NCBI GenBank assembly: GCA_047495785.1
Contig: JBLDXI010000001.1
Location: 806,001-870,000 of the forward strand
Reading direction: 5' to 3'
Length of the DNA: 64,000 nt
Source: Lepidodermella squamata
Lineage: Eukaryota > Animalia > Gastrotricha
Below the pieces are notes generated by a model. That model saw only the letters and a program-made list of their open reading frames with translations. It ran no database searches and was not told where the DNA came from. Made by a program: the position numbers and the translations under genes. Positions 1-14,068 of the stretch are shown here, in pieces; positions within the stretch are counted from its first letter, which is position 1; each line of letters starts with the position of its first letter.

Positions 1-89
1 AACTTCGCTAACCACTGAAACACTCGAGTTGGGGACGACTTGAACGGCATCATGGGAAATTGTAGTTTCATTAGGTACCCATTGAGGAT

Positions 90-730
90 TCCGCTTCAAC
101 AGCAAAACTCCACGGCCACGTCCTCTTTCTCTTCCTTGACCACGACATCGCGTTGATAGATTGATAGCCACCTCAAGACCAACTGGAACATCAGGGTTGA
201 CCGAAGGAGCGGCTACGATAGCAGAGCCACGCTGTTGAACGAGTGAAAGGGCAAGGCCATGGCGGGGAGGTATACCACGATTCCCGCGCAGACCAAGCGG
301 AATCAACTGAAGCTCATGGCCGATTGTCCTCTCTCCGAGCTCATGCGCCAGGGTGGTAGCGTAAAGGCAGGGAATTATCTTCATTCCTTCTCGGCACGTG
401 GCTGCATTCAATCCAACTACCTTCGAAGTAAACGAGGCAGCAAAAGTCGATAGAGCTTTCGAATTGAGCCAAACTGTCCAGGATCCTGAAGCTCGCGCTT
501 CGCTGATCGAAGAGGATCCACATTCCAGCCTTGTTTTTGAACAATCCAACCGCTATCGGCGATTATCTCATATCCGTCTTTGAACTTGGTGTAAAGTTGA
601 TAAGCTTCTTTATCGAGGCGATTGGTTAACTCAGGCGTAGTTCTCTGCCTTCAGCCTGTTTTGAGCGATTCACTACCATTATTAGTGGCGCAGAAATAAG
701 ACGCGCATTCATATCAGCCTCTGGAACTAG
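90..730 (-). pseudogene. Possible decayed Mutator (MULE)-type transposase remnant
   Basis: Minus-strand frames with stops and frameshifts give 'G*YECASYFCATNNGSESL', resembling the MULE WYEG...TNNxxES motif. Further on come 'TCREGMKIIPC...RHGLALSL' (SWIM-like) and 'RERGRGRG' (AT-hook-like). Boundaries approximate. Confidence 0.3.
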
Positions 731-2347
731 ACGGCTTCTCCTCCGATTATCCTTACAAAAAGCTAACTTCAATACCAAATTATGTTTCTAAAGTTTAGCG
801 TTGTTCAATCCTGCCGTAGAAGAACTTTAAAATTGTTGAGAACTTGGACAGGTTAGAAGCCATGTAATCTGGCATGAAAAAGATTTGATTGTACAACCTT
901 TGCCTCTCGGCACTCGCGGCGCGTTAACTTCCCTGATCTAATCTGATTCCCATTCTACTTTCTGGTACAAGCCAAGATCTTGGGACCAAGATGGCAAATA
1001 TTTTCCGATTATGTCTTCTGACTTTGGGCTCGCGATTTTAAGATTCTTCAGTATAGCTCGCAGCTGAGCAATATTAATTTTTAAATACCCTTTTCCCTTC
1101 GTTCTTCGTTGGAGTGTAAGTAGATCTTTGGACTAAGCTACTGAACTCTGAAGTCCCTAGAAAGTCATTTGGATCGCTTCGTTTTATAGCACCTGTATAC
1201 TCATCTTAGTTCTTCGAAAATGAATGCTAAACAAAGCCGAAATTGATGACATCTAATAGTGGGAATTTAATAATTATTCAGTGAGAAACATCGACGACAA
1301 CATTCCAAATAGGCCTTTTCTATACTTCGTGATTATTCCGTGATTATTGCGAAAAATTGAGAAGTAATTCATCTACATTTTTAAATTGGGTTCAAAGCTT
1401 GGTAGTGCTGATTTTCCATTTTTAACTTGTAAATTCACGCTCATTTTTCGCCTGTGATTAAATAGGGTTATTAACTTACGGACGGAGGATTGGCAAAGGA
1501 ATGTACCTAAATGCCTAGGAAGAGCAATGCCACCCACAACTGGAAAATTAGATTCTATCCTATTAGATTCTATCAGACATCAGCGCCGTAATTGGCCTAT
1601 TCTGGCAGCAGTGAGCTCATGCTTTGATCGAAGGTGGACCGAAAAGATGCCAAACAATCTTTACCGGCGTCACTACAACACAACCAAGAAACCAAGTGGT
1701 TTGCCATGAAACCACGGTGGCCATCTGTGGTGACAACTGGATGTGGCAAAGGAAATCGATCGTCGATCGCCAGTTGAGTGTTTAACATTTAAATGAAATG
1801 ACATTGTCGTGCCTGGGCTTTGTTACTTATTGCCACGGTCAGGGAACATCTCCGTTTCCTTGATCGAGCCATACAACAAACTGGCATGACTCAACGACTT
1901 AATAAACGGTTTCCTTGAGTACTTCCGAAATTATTTTTGGTGACTGTTTCATGCTATAACAACTCGACGATGCTAAAGGAAATAATCGAGGCAGGTTTTA
2001 CCAGAAGGTTATAACAGCCACTAGTTATTTTTCTCATGTTTATTTTTCAATTATTCAAGTTTTTTTATCCATCGTCGAAGACTTCAGATACATCCTTACC
2101 AGTTAAGAAATTTTTCAAACGAAGCGAGATAGAGAGCACGCAATTATTTTCGGTATTTCAATTTTAGAGAAAAAAATCATAAAAATGTTACACAAAACGC
2201 AGAGCAGAAACAGGCATGAAAATGAGAGGCATTAGAGCTTGATCCAACTCAAGATAGAGAATTATACAGTTTTTAGCTCAATGCTCTTCGCTTAGAATAC
2301 CGAAACAAAAGAGTTATGTACATCTACATGGCATAGCTGATAGTGAA

Positions 2348-3911
2348 CTATAGAATCAAGAGATTGCCACTGGCTACCGCCGCCGCTGCAAAGGCTGCCG
2401 TTGAGGAAAGAATGATGAGCATCTTGGAGTTGAGGTCGAAAGGGTGAGAACTTATCCGGGCTGATGACGCCATTGGAGTGACAACATTCCCCCCGATGGT
2501 TTCTACGACCTTAGACGGCGAGTCGTCATCCAAACCGCTGTCCCAAGACTTTGACTTGGGCCGCGATGTAAATGCCTCTTCGAACGGTATGTCGTATTGG
2601 GGGGTTGTCTCAAGAATTTCTAAATTCACGGATTTAACAGTCAAATGTTTAGAAAGGTTTAAAATAAACTCACGTGGTTTCGTTGGGAACATGTCAGCAT
2701 TTAGGACAATTTTGGGAATGGCTGATTCTAGAATTTCGCCCTGTGTAGGGGAGTAGTATGCGTCGAAAACAGGCTGCTGGGGTGTTACCACCTCCTTATT
2801 CGCCGGTAGTTCGCTATTGCCCACAACAGGTTGTTTAACGACCGGAGGCGCCGAAGATATGCTCCGGCCGCTGATGCCGTCTAAAACCGGTTTCCGAGGC
2901 GCTGGGGGCAATTTGCTGTAATGCGGAGATGGGCCATCATTACTCATCGCCTCACTCTTCCCGTTACTGGCAATTGGGGGATCAACAGTCTGCTCACCGC
3001 TGTCAGTCGCTTGCGTAGTCGCTTCATCCATAATCAACGGAATCACCATAACTTCACTATTCGACACATCCTCGGTTATTTCTTCGCTATTTAACGCGAC
3101 TGAGAAGGTCCCGGCTGGGTTCGCCCCGTTTTCCTGGTTCCCAGGTGCAGCCGGGGTGGTCAGAGCCGACTCCGCAGGCGCCGGTGTAGTCGAATAAGCT
3201 TGAATAAAGATAGGCGGGAAATCTGGCCTCGGTGTTAACGGCACCAGAGATGAAGTTTGCTTCTTATTACTACTGAAAACAGCGACCGGTTCAGGCGTTT
3301 CGGCGAAGACTTCCTCGTCGCCGCTCAAGTCCATCACAAAACGGGTGGTCGAGGCCGGCATTGGCGCCACTGATGGTGACAGCGTTTTCGAGGCGCCATT
3401 CAGCTGCCGCTTCACGTATACCTCAGCGTAACTGAACGGCTGCGGCCTGCATTCATTTGCGCTTTTGTAAAACCAGCAGTACCAACTCTGTGAAACGGTG
3501 TGATTGAATTGCGGGTGGCTGAAAGCTGAAAAACTCACTTTTCGACGAGATTCATAGTCGAAAGCCACGCAGTGGCTGTGCCGCAAGCACCAGTCGGCGC
3601 AACTGTTGAAAATCGGAGTCGTAAAACTATGCATTCGGTACAATTGCCCAACACCTAGCAAAAAAAATGAAAATTTTTAAGCTGGCTGAATTGTTTAATT
3701 TACCATTGTTGCAGATGTGTCGGTCCAGCAGGAGTTCGATCGACTGAGAGCCATCGGCCGAGAGCACGATGCGGCGCCTAGACATCGATGTCGACGGCGC
3801 TCCTGAGTTGCTCGCGAGAACCAGTTGCGAATTTGTGACGACGATCAGCGAAGACGGAAGTGTGACGATGAACGCGACTGTGCCGAAAATTAGCACGCCA
3901 AACGTCCGCAT
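2348..3911 (-). CDS. Secreted/GPI-anchored surface protein: PAN/apple-like domain + Ser/Thr/Pro-rich stalk (3 exons)
   Basis: Hydrophobic N-terminus MRTFGVLIFGTVAFIV. A GT-AG intron at 3655-3703 joins ORF 3627..3911 to ORF 2348..3661 in frame, and a second in-frame 51-nt gtgagt..cag intron lies near 3488-3538. The Cys pattern CADWCLRHSHCVAFDY...CWFY is PAN/apple-like. The protein ends in a hydrophobic tail with no cytosolic segment. Confidence 0.7.
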
Positions 3912-6900
3912 TAGGATGAGCGCAACAGCTTTCTCTCGAACTTTTTATTCCTCATCCCCAGTTATAGGTATAGTAATAATCGCTTCTTTGAATAGAAAAA
4001 AATAAGATAAGTGAACTGGAGTGAATCTTATGGCTATATTTGACAGGTTGCTCTTTATTCGTGCGCTGCTGGCTGTCAATAATAAAATAGTAGAAAAAAG
4101 CGAAGATCGATAGAAAGTCGGCGAGTGACCACGGGCGAGTGTGGCCGCAAATTAATTCACACGGCCAGTAAATTTCGAAAAAAACTCTACTAGGAATTAA
4201 GGCGCACAATCAAAATCGTATAGTAATAGAATAATAAATAGAGTGCCGCAGATTCACGCCCCAGATTTATAACACGCAAAAACGTCACGCACAACAATTC
4301 ATGAATAAGATTTGGCTATAATAAATTGTCCGAACAAATTCGGCTCGTTTTCAAACAGGTATCAGTAACTTTATGATCAACGATCACGGTGCAAAGGGAT
4401 GAAGCTAGGATGGATTTTAATTCGTGGCTTGTTTGCCGAAAATCCCGAAAAATTGGCGCGCTTCCGGCGATATTATTTGCTAGACGCTTACAAATTTTAT
4501 TGCTGTGATTGTTTACACATCCCTAAGATCTATTTGTTTTCAGTTTGGTGATTGTTGTTATCCGCATGCATATAATAGGATTTTGCCGAGAGATCACATG
4601 AGGTAGTTCAATACAATCCTAAATGTTTTTACTATTATTAAAAATCTAGCATCGGATATTGCTGATTTTCCTAGCTCGATCTCGACTAGACTTCTACCGA
4701 AATGCACCGGTGGGAATTGCTCACATTCAGGCTAATACGCCGCGTCTTCTTGGCCGTTGACCAACAATCACGATAATGGCGGGGCAATTAATGAAAGAGA
4801 ATGGCTATTTTCATACAGATAAGCATGGTCCCAACAATCGCTGACGATGAATAAATCATAATTATGCTAAAACAATTGCAGAAAGTAATAAAAAAATATT
4901 TCGAGGGAAGAGAGATGATGACGTGTGGCAAATAGGGGGAGCTCGCCTCAATTCGACGTGAAATCACCCGTGCGTAAATAATTACGCTCGCAAAAAATGC
5001 AGATATCCAAACGTTAATACGCGCTAATTAGGAATGTTGTCGCAAAAAAATGCGGTGGGTACATCATGAAAATTAACACGCTTCGGTTCCGGGAAAAGGG
5101 AAAACACTTGAATGCCTGCGTAAAACTAGAGTGCTTAAGAACAAATGCCTGTGACTATAATATAGTAATTTGATGAGTAAAATAGAGCAGTTCAAGGTAC
5201 TAACTCATAAGATTTATTTTTGATAAGTGAAAGGCGTCAAATTTCGTGCGTCGCTTTTCGCAAAGCTAGTTTTGAACTATATATTCGCAAGCAATTAACA
5301 CAAATTTATATCTAACAAAATGTTAAAATCCGAGGTTAATATATTTTATGTACATACCACAGTGACTTTTATGCATCTTGCAATTAAACAAATTGGCAAA
5401 AGCCCGGACCGCAAGTTTGTAAGATGATTATTGAGAATCAATTCCTACCTACCACCTCTCGCGTGATGGCACTGTCATTAATAATGGTTTCTAATGATTA
5501 TTAAGTAGTTTGCTGCTTCCTCCAGCAATTGATCTTAGCGCATGGCTATTTACGTGGGCAAGTGCGCTGTCAAGAAATTTATTTACGAAACGCGGTAAAT
5601 AATAATATTTATTCGAATTCCTTTGTGATGTGCGAAAAGGAACGCTCAAGTATCTTCGATTAGCGCATCTTGGAAATCCCGTCGCTGTCTCGCAAATAAC
5701 ACGTGTGTTTTCTTCGCGTAGACGGAGCAATTTTTCGTGATGCGTAATTTAATTAAGTATAAGCGCCGCAAAAAACTAACGAGTCTTGGGATGCGCCAAC
5801 GTACGAGTTTACCTGATGGGACAGTGTGCTAATTCCTAGAATGATAGAACTCTCAAGTCATGCCAAACAACAGTGTCGGGTGAAGTTTTAGATCGCTAAC
5901 CGATTATAAAGATTAATTCTCAGAAATGTCAATTACGGAGATCAGTGGGCCCTGAAAATCTAAAAATGGGCGATAACAATTGACAAGCACGTTTTATAGG
6001 CACCTGAACAAGATCGTTAGAAGTTAACATCAAAACAAGTAAATTTGCCCGCTGACTTGAATTGACGCATGTCTTAGGCCAGCACGTGGTAAAAAGGCGA
6101 TAATAATTGAGTCAGAGCGCTAAAAGCTTGGTGCTGGAAAGGACAAAAAATCAGCATTTCCGCGATGTTTTTTTTGACAAAAATTGGTGGCGATTGCTCA
6201 TTTTTAGCCGTGTGGTAGAGCGGCAGCGCGTCCCTTCGCTTTTCTTTGACCTAAAATTGAATTGTGTTCAATTGCCTGGCGTCGCATGTGCGGGTTTAAG
6301 CGTCTGTGTTGCGGTAATTCTTTGCCCTATAGTAAAATTTTAATATTATATAGGGAAAATAATAAAATGCGTCCGAGTAAGTATAAAATGTACGATGTGA
6401 TATATTATAATATAAAACTCAAGTTGTTATACACCCTATACCCGAATTCTAGAACCGGAAAAACATAAAAAGGCTGTTGTGCTTTCGTTTTCTATTTTAG
6501 ATACTCGTAAAAGCCCGGATATACTTGCCAGCGCCCAGGTACTCGAGTTTTCAGTTCATTTCACCTCGCAGGCATCGAAAACGTTGTATCCTCAGCAAGG
6601 GTCAAAATATAGGAAAATAATTAGTAGTAAAACTGGGACGGCAAATACTTGACGCAGCAATCAATTTATTATTTTCCAATCACAGCATGCATTTCATCTC
6701 GATGCAAAGTACGAAGCGAAAAATTACTGGGTTAATAATTACTAAATTAGGGAAAATCTAGTGCGTCTAGCCCAAATACCCCATCTGCTACCGCATAAAA
6801 TCTGTTCTCGTGCGAACTCTCAACAAAAATAATGAATTGAAAATGAGGCTAGAATAAAGTAAAAAAAAATAAAGTCGTACCTAGCAAAAGCAGAAGCTAA

Positions 6901-7295
6901 ATAGATGGAAAGCAGTATGAGTAAATTTTATTGCCATCTTTCTGGAAAAAAGACGCGGTCTGTTCGCAAAAGTTGAGACAACCGCAGGAAAACCGATACC
7001 TTTGTGCTTATCAGTCTTAATGAAGAGATGCCAATATATGAATTTTGCCAGGGGTCGCCATGGCTCATTTATTCCAACGGAAATCAAGGTATCAGTTATC
7101 TTTTTGTCGATTAAGCGCCTCACAAGATGGACTTTCACAAGAAAATGAAAATCCAAGTCTATGCCAAGCTTTTATGCGATCTGTGTTCTTTACAGATGGC
7201 CCAGATGTGGACTAATTAAAAAGAGATTCGGAACATAGCACGATAATTTATTTTGAAAATGTATCAATTCATCACAATTAAATAAATATTTAGCC

Positions 7296-10105
7296 TCAAA
7301 GTGTTTTGGAAATGTCTGAGAAAAATCGTTGCACGTCATTTTGCGTCACTTCGATGCGAAGTCCGGGATACGAAACGCGAACCAACTCCTCGACGGCTGA
7401 AAACTGCACGAGAAAGACTTCCTGCAGACGGCCGAAGACAACGGCCAGCGTCGCCGTGTCATCAGTCAAATTCTTCCGCAACCGTTCGCAAACGGCTGTC
7501 AACTGCTTTTGCAACTCCTTGTGGTTCAAATTATTCGCGATCAACTTGTGCATTTCAGCTCGGCTGAACTGAGCTTGAAAATGAACTTCCTCCGCCTTTA
7601 CACCCCGAGAAATTACCGCATTTGCGTTTTCAACAAACGTAGTCAACGACGGCATGACTGGTTCCAATGCATTTGAGACTAGAATGTGAAGCTCTCGCTG
7701 TTGATGCTCTCTCGCTGACTTTCGCTCCGCCTCCAGCGTAGGGATGCGCAGCTCACTCAGCACAGAGTACAGTAGATTGAAATTCTCCATCAAAACAACC
7801 GCAGGCATAACTTTCTGCTGCTCGTGGGCAACGCGCCCCAGCTGAGCAAACACGGTCGATAAAATACGCCCATACGCTTTATCTACATCAGCATGGCGGT
7901 GGCCGACAATCGAGAAAACCGCCTCGGCTTCGCGTGCAAATGACTCAAACTGCCCAGCAAAAGGCAAAAGACCGACGCGTTTCTTCTTAACAACTGAAAA
8001 TTGCTCCATTGAAGCAGTTATAGCAGTCACATTAGCATCAAACGCCCGTTTTGCCTAAAAATAAAAGAAATTAAAATTGAATTGAAAAAGAAATGAAAAA
8101 AATCCTCCTTAAAATAATTCAAGTTCTAACAAAATTCGTCCAAATCCTCCAAAAATATTGTAAATTTTAAACAAAAATCCTCCTTAAATTATTGTAAATT
8201 CTTACATGCAAAAGGGTTGATGCTGCTAATTTTTGAAGACCTTGGTCGTTTTTCGCTTGCAACGAATGAGTCCAATCAGTCAGCCGAAGCAGAACATAAA
8301 TAGAATTCAACGAATCCTGCCGGTCGACAAATGCCAGGAAATTAATGAGATGGTTGCCAATCTCAGCCGTGTGAAGCAGGGTTTCAGTCAACTGCGCGTC
8401 TGATTTCGATCTCAGAAACGAATGGCAGAAATCTTTCTCACCGAAGTACCACGTCTGGACGTTTTCAAGCAGTAAATTCGTGGCTCGAATCATCGACTGG
8501 CGATGACTGTCTCGGTGCATGTCACTTGAAGCTAGCGACGTCGACGATTTCGACAGCGCTTTCTTCCGGCCATAATCGCCACTAGACATCGAAGCGCGAT
8601 CAGCAGCTTCGGTCAACGTACCAGCCAGGCCGTCGACTAGTGACTTGAACTCGGCCATCGCGACTCTAGCGAACTTGTCGATGTAAGTATTGGCTAGGGT
8701 TTGGGCGGACTCGGGACTGACAGTTGACAGCCAATCGACTAAATCCGCGTAGATTCCCAGACTGCTATGGGCTGGTTTGTGACTCTGAACTCGCTCATTA
8801 AAATTTTGCTGCTGGGCTGCTAGCAACAGGCTATTAGCCTGCTGTAGAATCGTGTTGTTAACGTTGTGGGAAATCGCTTGAGCAAGCGACATTTCGAAGT
8901 GGTGTAGGCGGCGCTGTTGATCGGCGATGAATCCCATTTTTTCGAGACCCGACGGAACTTGCAGGGTTTTAATCCGCCTCAATTCACGGGCGGCGGCCGA
9001 GACTTTCTTTATGCCGGCTGTTGATTTTAGATCAGGCGTTTTCAACGTCAAAATCATGTCAGGCGGCATTTCGTAGGTCGCGATCACCGAGTCGAGGAGG
9101 TGCGTCAACTGACTGATGTTGTGCTGCTTCACCTGGACCAGCGTGTCACGGTCTTGCAGTCGCGTTAGCTGGTCATCGACACTCATCAAAACCGACATGT
9201 ACTGCTCAATTTTCTGCTCTAGCATAGTAGCCTACATTGAAAATGATAAGACGGAATTCGTACCAAGTAATTAGTATAGCTCACCTGTTTCTCCGCTGAA
9301 CTGACAGTGCCCATCAAATCATTCAACTTCTCATCTGCCGTGATGATTGAATAAATGTTAGCACCGTCGAGCCCCTAAAATTGAATAAAATTAAAATTAA
9401 ATAATGCCGAAATGGAATTTATTACGTCAAGGCATTCTTTCAGATGTTGAGTGAATCTTTCCATGTTACCCAACGCGTCGTCAAATTTGGCCATGCATTT
9501 TTCGAGGCTAGCTTCCTCTTTCTCAGACAGCTGGCTTTGAAGGGTTAACAACTTGTCCCGGCCTTCACCACTCGCGTTTTTGCTTTTAGCGTCACTCGCT
9601 GCGAACAGTTCACCTTGCTTCGATTCGACAGCGGATATGATTCTTTCAGGGACGGATTCAAACAGAGGTTTCTGGCCGAGCATTCGATGACAAAATTTCC
9701 ATAGCATCGATAGAAATGCGTCGGCTGTTTCATGGCTCAAAAACACGAATCTGAAATGTTTGTGCTTCAAATCAATCTGATTCTTGAATGCGAGTGGTAA
9801 TACCTGTAAGCCTTGTGGAAACTAAGAACGAGTGAATTGTCTTCGTCCAGATCCTTGGCATCAACCATTTTCAGTTGGTCCAAGGTCCATTGCTTTTTTA
9901 TTTTGAGTTTGTCCGATTTCTCAGCATTTTTGACCACGCAAATGTGAACTTCTGGTGTTGTGGAAACCAGTGTTGTCAAGCAAAGAATGATTTTCTCGCC
10001 TTTTCGGGAGACTTGAGCCGACTTGCTGGGCTTGCACACTTCCGCAGCCAAGATCACGTTCTCTTCGGCTGCGGCAAATAATCTTGTTTGCAGTTTCGCT
10101 TCCAT
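7296..10105 (-). CDS. EXOC1: Exocyst complex component 1 (Sec3), multi-exon
   Basis: N-terminal Sec3 PH-like segment (KKQWTLDQLKMVDAKD...SFHKAY). The C-terminal segment KKKRVGLLPF..FESFAREAEAVF...DKAY...VVLMENF...EEVHFQAQFSRAEM...YPG matches the metazoan EXOC1 C-terminus. The four ORFs plus a small exon near 9285-9375 are joined by GT-AG introns. Confidence 0.9.
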
Positions 10106-10459
10106 GTGAATAACTTCAAATTCATGAACTATTTGACAAAGAAAGTGATTTCAGAGAGCGATGACAGCTGTGAGCTTTATTTCAGCATACAAATCAACGA
10201 AAACGTATCATCTCTACAAAATGAGCAATACGTAATAGCATCATTCCTCACAGTAACGCTATATCTCTCTCTCATTCTCTCGAAATAGCTCACCACGTCA
10301 CTCCATGTGTACTAGTGCAGGTAATAATAGTAGGTAGCACAGAACGAACAAAATATACAAGTTGCTGCCCGAATGTTCATCCACAATTAGAAAACTTCAA
10401 ACGAAAATCCGAGGCCTGAAAACTGTGGCGTCATAACAAGAGAAACTGGTGTGGAACGT

Positions 10460-11356
10460 CTAGAATCCACCTCGGTAACCACCGCGGCCACCACCACCAC
10501 CGCCGCCTGAAATTTTACAAATCAGTTATGAAATGATCAACAAATTAATGAAATGCATTACCTTGCGGGCACTCGCGAGAAAAGTGACCAGGCTCACCCT
10601 TTAGTGATAAAAAAAAAACTAGAAAAGGGAGGAAGAGGTAAACCATCAACTTACGCAGTTGTAGCAGGAGCCGCCACCACCACCGCGGCGACCACCACGA
10701 CCTGAAATAGAGGAAAACAATGAATACAAACTCATAACACTAGTTGAACTAATTTCGTAGTTGGATTAAAATCTCGAAACATGTTGATTGTTCTTACAAT
10801 ACTACGGTGAAACTTTAAAAACTCATAACTCACCGCCATAACCACCGCCGCCGCCGCCACCACCGCCAGCGTTGGGGCATTCTCGAGAGAAGTGACCGAA
10901 GCCACCCTAATCACAAATACGATTATCACAGCATGAGCAAATGGCAAAATAACTTACGCAGCTGTAGCAGCCGCCACCGCCTCCGCCACCTTCAAAGTTT
11001 CCAGAAAAAAAGATATATCATTGGAAAGGGTGAATAGACGTAAAACTACCACGAGGACCACCGCGGCCCCGGCCACCACGGAAACCTCCGCGGCCACCGC
11101 CATCGCGCTTCTGACCAGCAACTTCGACGCGGACTTTGCAGCCAGCGACAGTTTGGCCGTTCAAACTTGAAGCGGCTTCATCGGCGCAGTCAGCGCTTTC
11201 GAAGGTGACAAAACCAAAACCAGGTCGGTCACGAGAAATCCACACTTCAGTGACAGTGCCAAACTTGGCAAACGCCTCCTCAACTTCGCCCTCGACGGTG
11301 TCTTTTTCAAGACCGCCGACGTAGAGCTTGCAACCGTTATCTCCGCTACGCGCCAT
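10460..11356 (-). CDS. Glycine-rich RNA-binding protein: SRSF3/7-like RRM + two CCHC zinc knuckles + RGG boxes (6 coding exons)
   Basis: RNP2 LYVGGL and RNP1 PGFGFVTF. Spliced exons give CYSC|GGFGHFSRECP and CYNC|GEPGHFSRECP. Ends GGRGGYRGGF-TAG (10460-10462). Confidence 0.85.
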
Positions 11357-13370
11357 CAAAGGAATAATTGGCCAGACGCCAAACAACCGACCTACACAAC
11401 GGGAAAACAGACATGTTGACTCTATTCATCAGGTTAGCAGTAAGGCATGGGTCGATGTTGCGGATAAGAATTTGATAAGGGAATGAGGGGGAACGATGGA
11501 TGACGTTCAACACGAAAAGGATAAGTTATTCATCTCCCATCAGCAGCGGAGATAATTCCGGTTGTAAGGTCCAAGTTTCGGTAAGCTTTCGGATCCTAAG
11601 GGCGCCATCTTTAACGCTGAGATAAACACAATGACCAAGCGGTGTCTGTGCTTGCTGTCTATCAGAATTTGTTGATGATACAGGCTGATAACTTAACAGT
11701 CTTGCTCAGTTTGACGATAAGGAAGCGTATCAAGTAAAACATAATGGTTCCAGAGAATCAATTTCAGGCAATGATAGGCAATTGACTGAGAGGGCTGGGG
11801 GTGCACTATGATAGTTACGATGAACTATGAACCATCATATCTCAATCATTATGTCCCGGCAAGACTTAAAGATGATGACGGCAATGAATCTACAAGCATC
11901 TGCAACCCAGAAATTATATATTCCGATACGTAGTATACTGACGCATACTCATTATATTCACTTAAGCATTAAAGAGCAAAAATCCCAAAGTTGAGAGCTC
12001 AGTAAAAGAAAATTTGCTTGAGCTAAAAATGAGAAGCATTATTGCACAAAGCCAAATTTCAAATGACTGCGAAGATTGAGATTGGGCTGAAATTGCTTGC
12101 CTAGAATTGAAAACTAAATAAGCATGAAAACTCGAATGACCCCGGACCCCGGTTAAAAGACCATATTTCATATCCTTCATCGGAGAGCCCAGAGATACGG
12201 TAGGTACAAATTGCGAATCACGCAAAAATAAGACCGAATTAGGTAAAGCTTGAAGCATGAAGGTAATGAATAAAGCATTAGGCGTAATTAATGCGCAAGC
12301 TGAGTTATTGCAATTTCAATCCTTTAGGCATTCTCACGCACTAGAGAAATTGCCACCAATGAAATACTCTACCACGTCGCCAGTCGCCAGCGAAATAAAT
12401 AAAATGAATTTCAGTTTCTACTACTGAAGATGAAGGAGATGAGTACTAACTGCGAGAAAGATAACAGTTTCTATAAGCATCTAGAATCGGACGGGACATG
12501 TAAGTACGACGCACGGTGAACTGCGAGGATGGACCTATGCAAAATTTGGGACATCCTGGCTAGCGGCCAGCTGCAAGTCACACTGGGACCGGTAACAAAT
12601 CGACGAGTTCGCAACTTTTACGTGGGCGCCAACTCCAAAGGTAGCAGGATGCAACACGCGCGGGAAATGGCTGCGCAAACGAATCCACCACATGGCGCAT
12701 AATTTCTAATGTATACAAATTTATTCAATATTCATCAATAACTCTAAAAAATTAATTATTATTTAACAATTAATATAATTTTATAAACGTTTGCCGCATT
12801 ACTTTTATTTTGGAATTTTTTGGGTTTTTTTTTAGTTTTGAGTTCTGAGTTTTGGAATCTTATTTTCCGGCCTCATTGCCAAGTTGCTTACGTCATTGTT
12901 GCTTTGAAGCTTTCAAAATGGGTTGTGGGGAAAGAACTTTTCGCCAAACGACTGCTTCCTAGCTGATTCAAGAATGTCAGATATGGAAAATATTTTTATA
13001 CTCATACATCTAGCTGACATCTACATTCATATGATGAGGACTAGTTCTCATTTTAATGACTAATGTCCCAAAATTTCGAGCTGTGCTCCGCGCTGAACGG
13101 GCAGAATCTCATCAGAACTGCGTGTCGGTTATTCCTGTTATCGAGTTTCATATCGAGATTTGGATGTTGGTGTCCGGTCAAAGTCGGTTCTTTCTCTGAA
13201 GCGTTGTGAGCAGCTGATTTCAGTTGACCTTTTCCGATTAGCTTTATATATATTGAGGCCCGAGTCCGAAACGTTCGCGCTCTGGCATGCCCGAGCCCCA
13301 GAGAACAAAATTAGGTAATGCACAGAATAAAAAAATGACTTGAATATTGAAGATTTATTTTGAACATTTC

Positions 13371-13885
13371 TCAATGAATTGGAATTTTATCCAGTGGTAT
13401 TTTAACCAAGCGGGCAAGGATTGACCAAGCTTCGTCATTGTCCAACGTATGCCGCTTTTTAGGATAGATTTCTTCTTTGCGCATGTAAACCGGTCCCTGA
13501 AACATCGCAGATAAAAATCAGAACTTGATTCAAGGTTGCTTAAATTACGTCAAATTTCGACCGAGTGTAATACAACGACTGGTATTTCGTTTGAAGCTCG
13601 TAAGCCGTTTTATATTTGTGCTCTGAAACAGGTGGGATGAAAATAAAAGTGACTATAAAATGAACAATTTACCACTTAAAAAGCGCGGATTCAGCATCGT
13701 TCCCCATCTAATAAATTGAAATAATTAGCTCGATGGTTTCAGAAGAAATGATTAACAAACGGGAGCTTTGCTGTAGTTGGGCGACCTGTGTTGTGCCAAA
13801 CATTGGCTGGGGACAGGCTAGTAAGAATTTGTTTTGTTCTGACAACCGGGGCTGACTTCGATCGGTTGTAATTTTGCTGAGCCAT
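13371..13885 (-). CDS. Small 4-exon orphan protein (~120 aa)
   Basis: Three ~50-nt GT-AG introns splice with consistent phase to MAQQNYNRSKSAPVVRTKQILTSLSPANVWHNTGRPTTAKLPWGTMLNPRFLSEHKYKTAYELQTKYQSLYYTRSKFDGPVYMRKEEIYPKKRHTLDNDEAWSILARLVKIPLDKIPIH*. An AATAAA follows the stop. Alternative start at 13924. Confidence 0.65.
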
Positions 13886-14068
13886 TATGAGCTTTTTAAT
13901 TTCGGGATCTTGGCACAAATGCATGTTAGATGCTGATTCTGTCCCTACAAATAATAGCTTAGTCACGAAAAGGTATTATCGGCGCTATTAGAGTTGTAAT
14001 GAAAATACTTCGGAAAAATCGCGGTGGAAAAATCGTCTGGCGCGCACCTAGCAACCAAGATGCTTCCG

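Noticed and set aside
4000-7200. Short ORFs in the intergenic region, and the many antisense or overlapping ORFs across the window
   Set aside because: No recognisable motifs or splice-consistent models; most are shadows of real genes or AT-rich noise.
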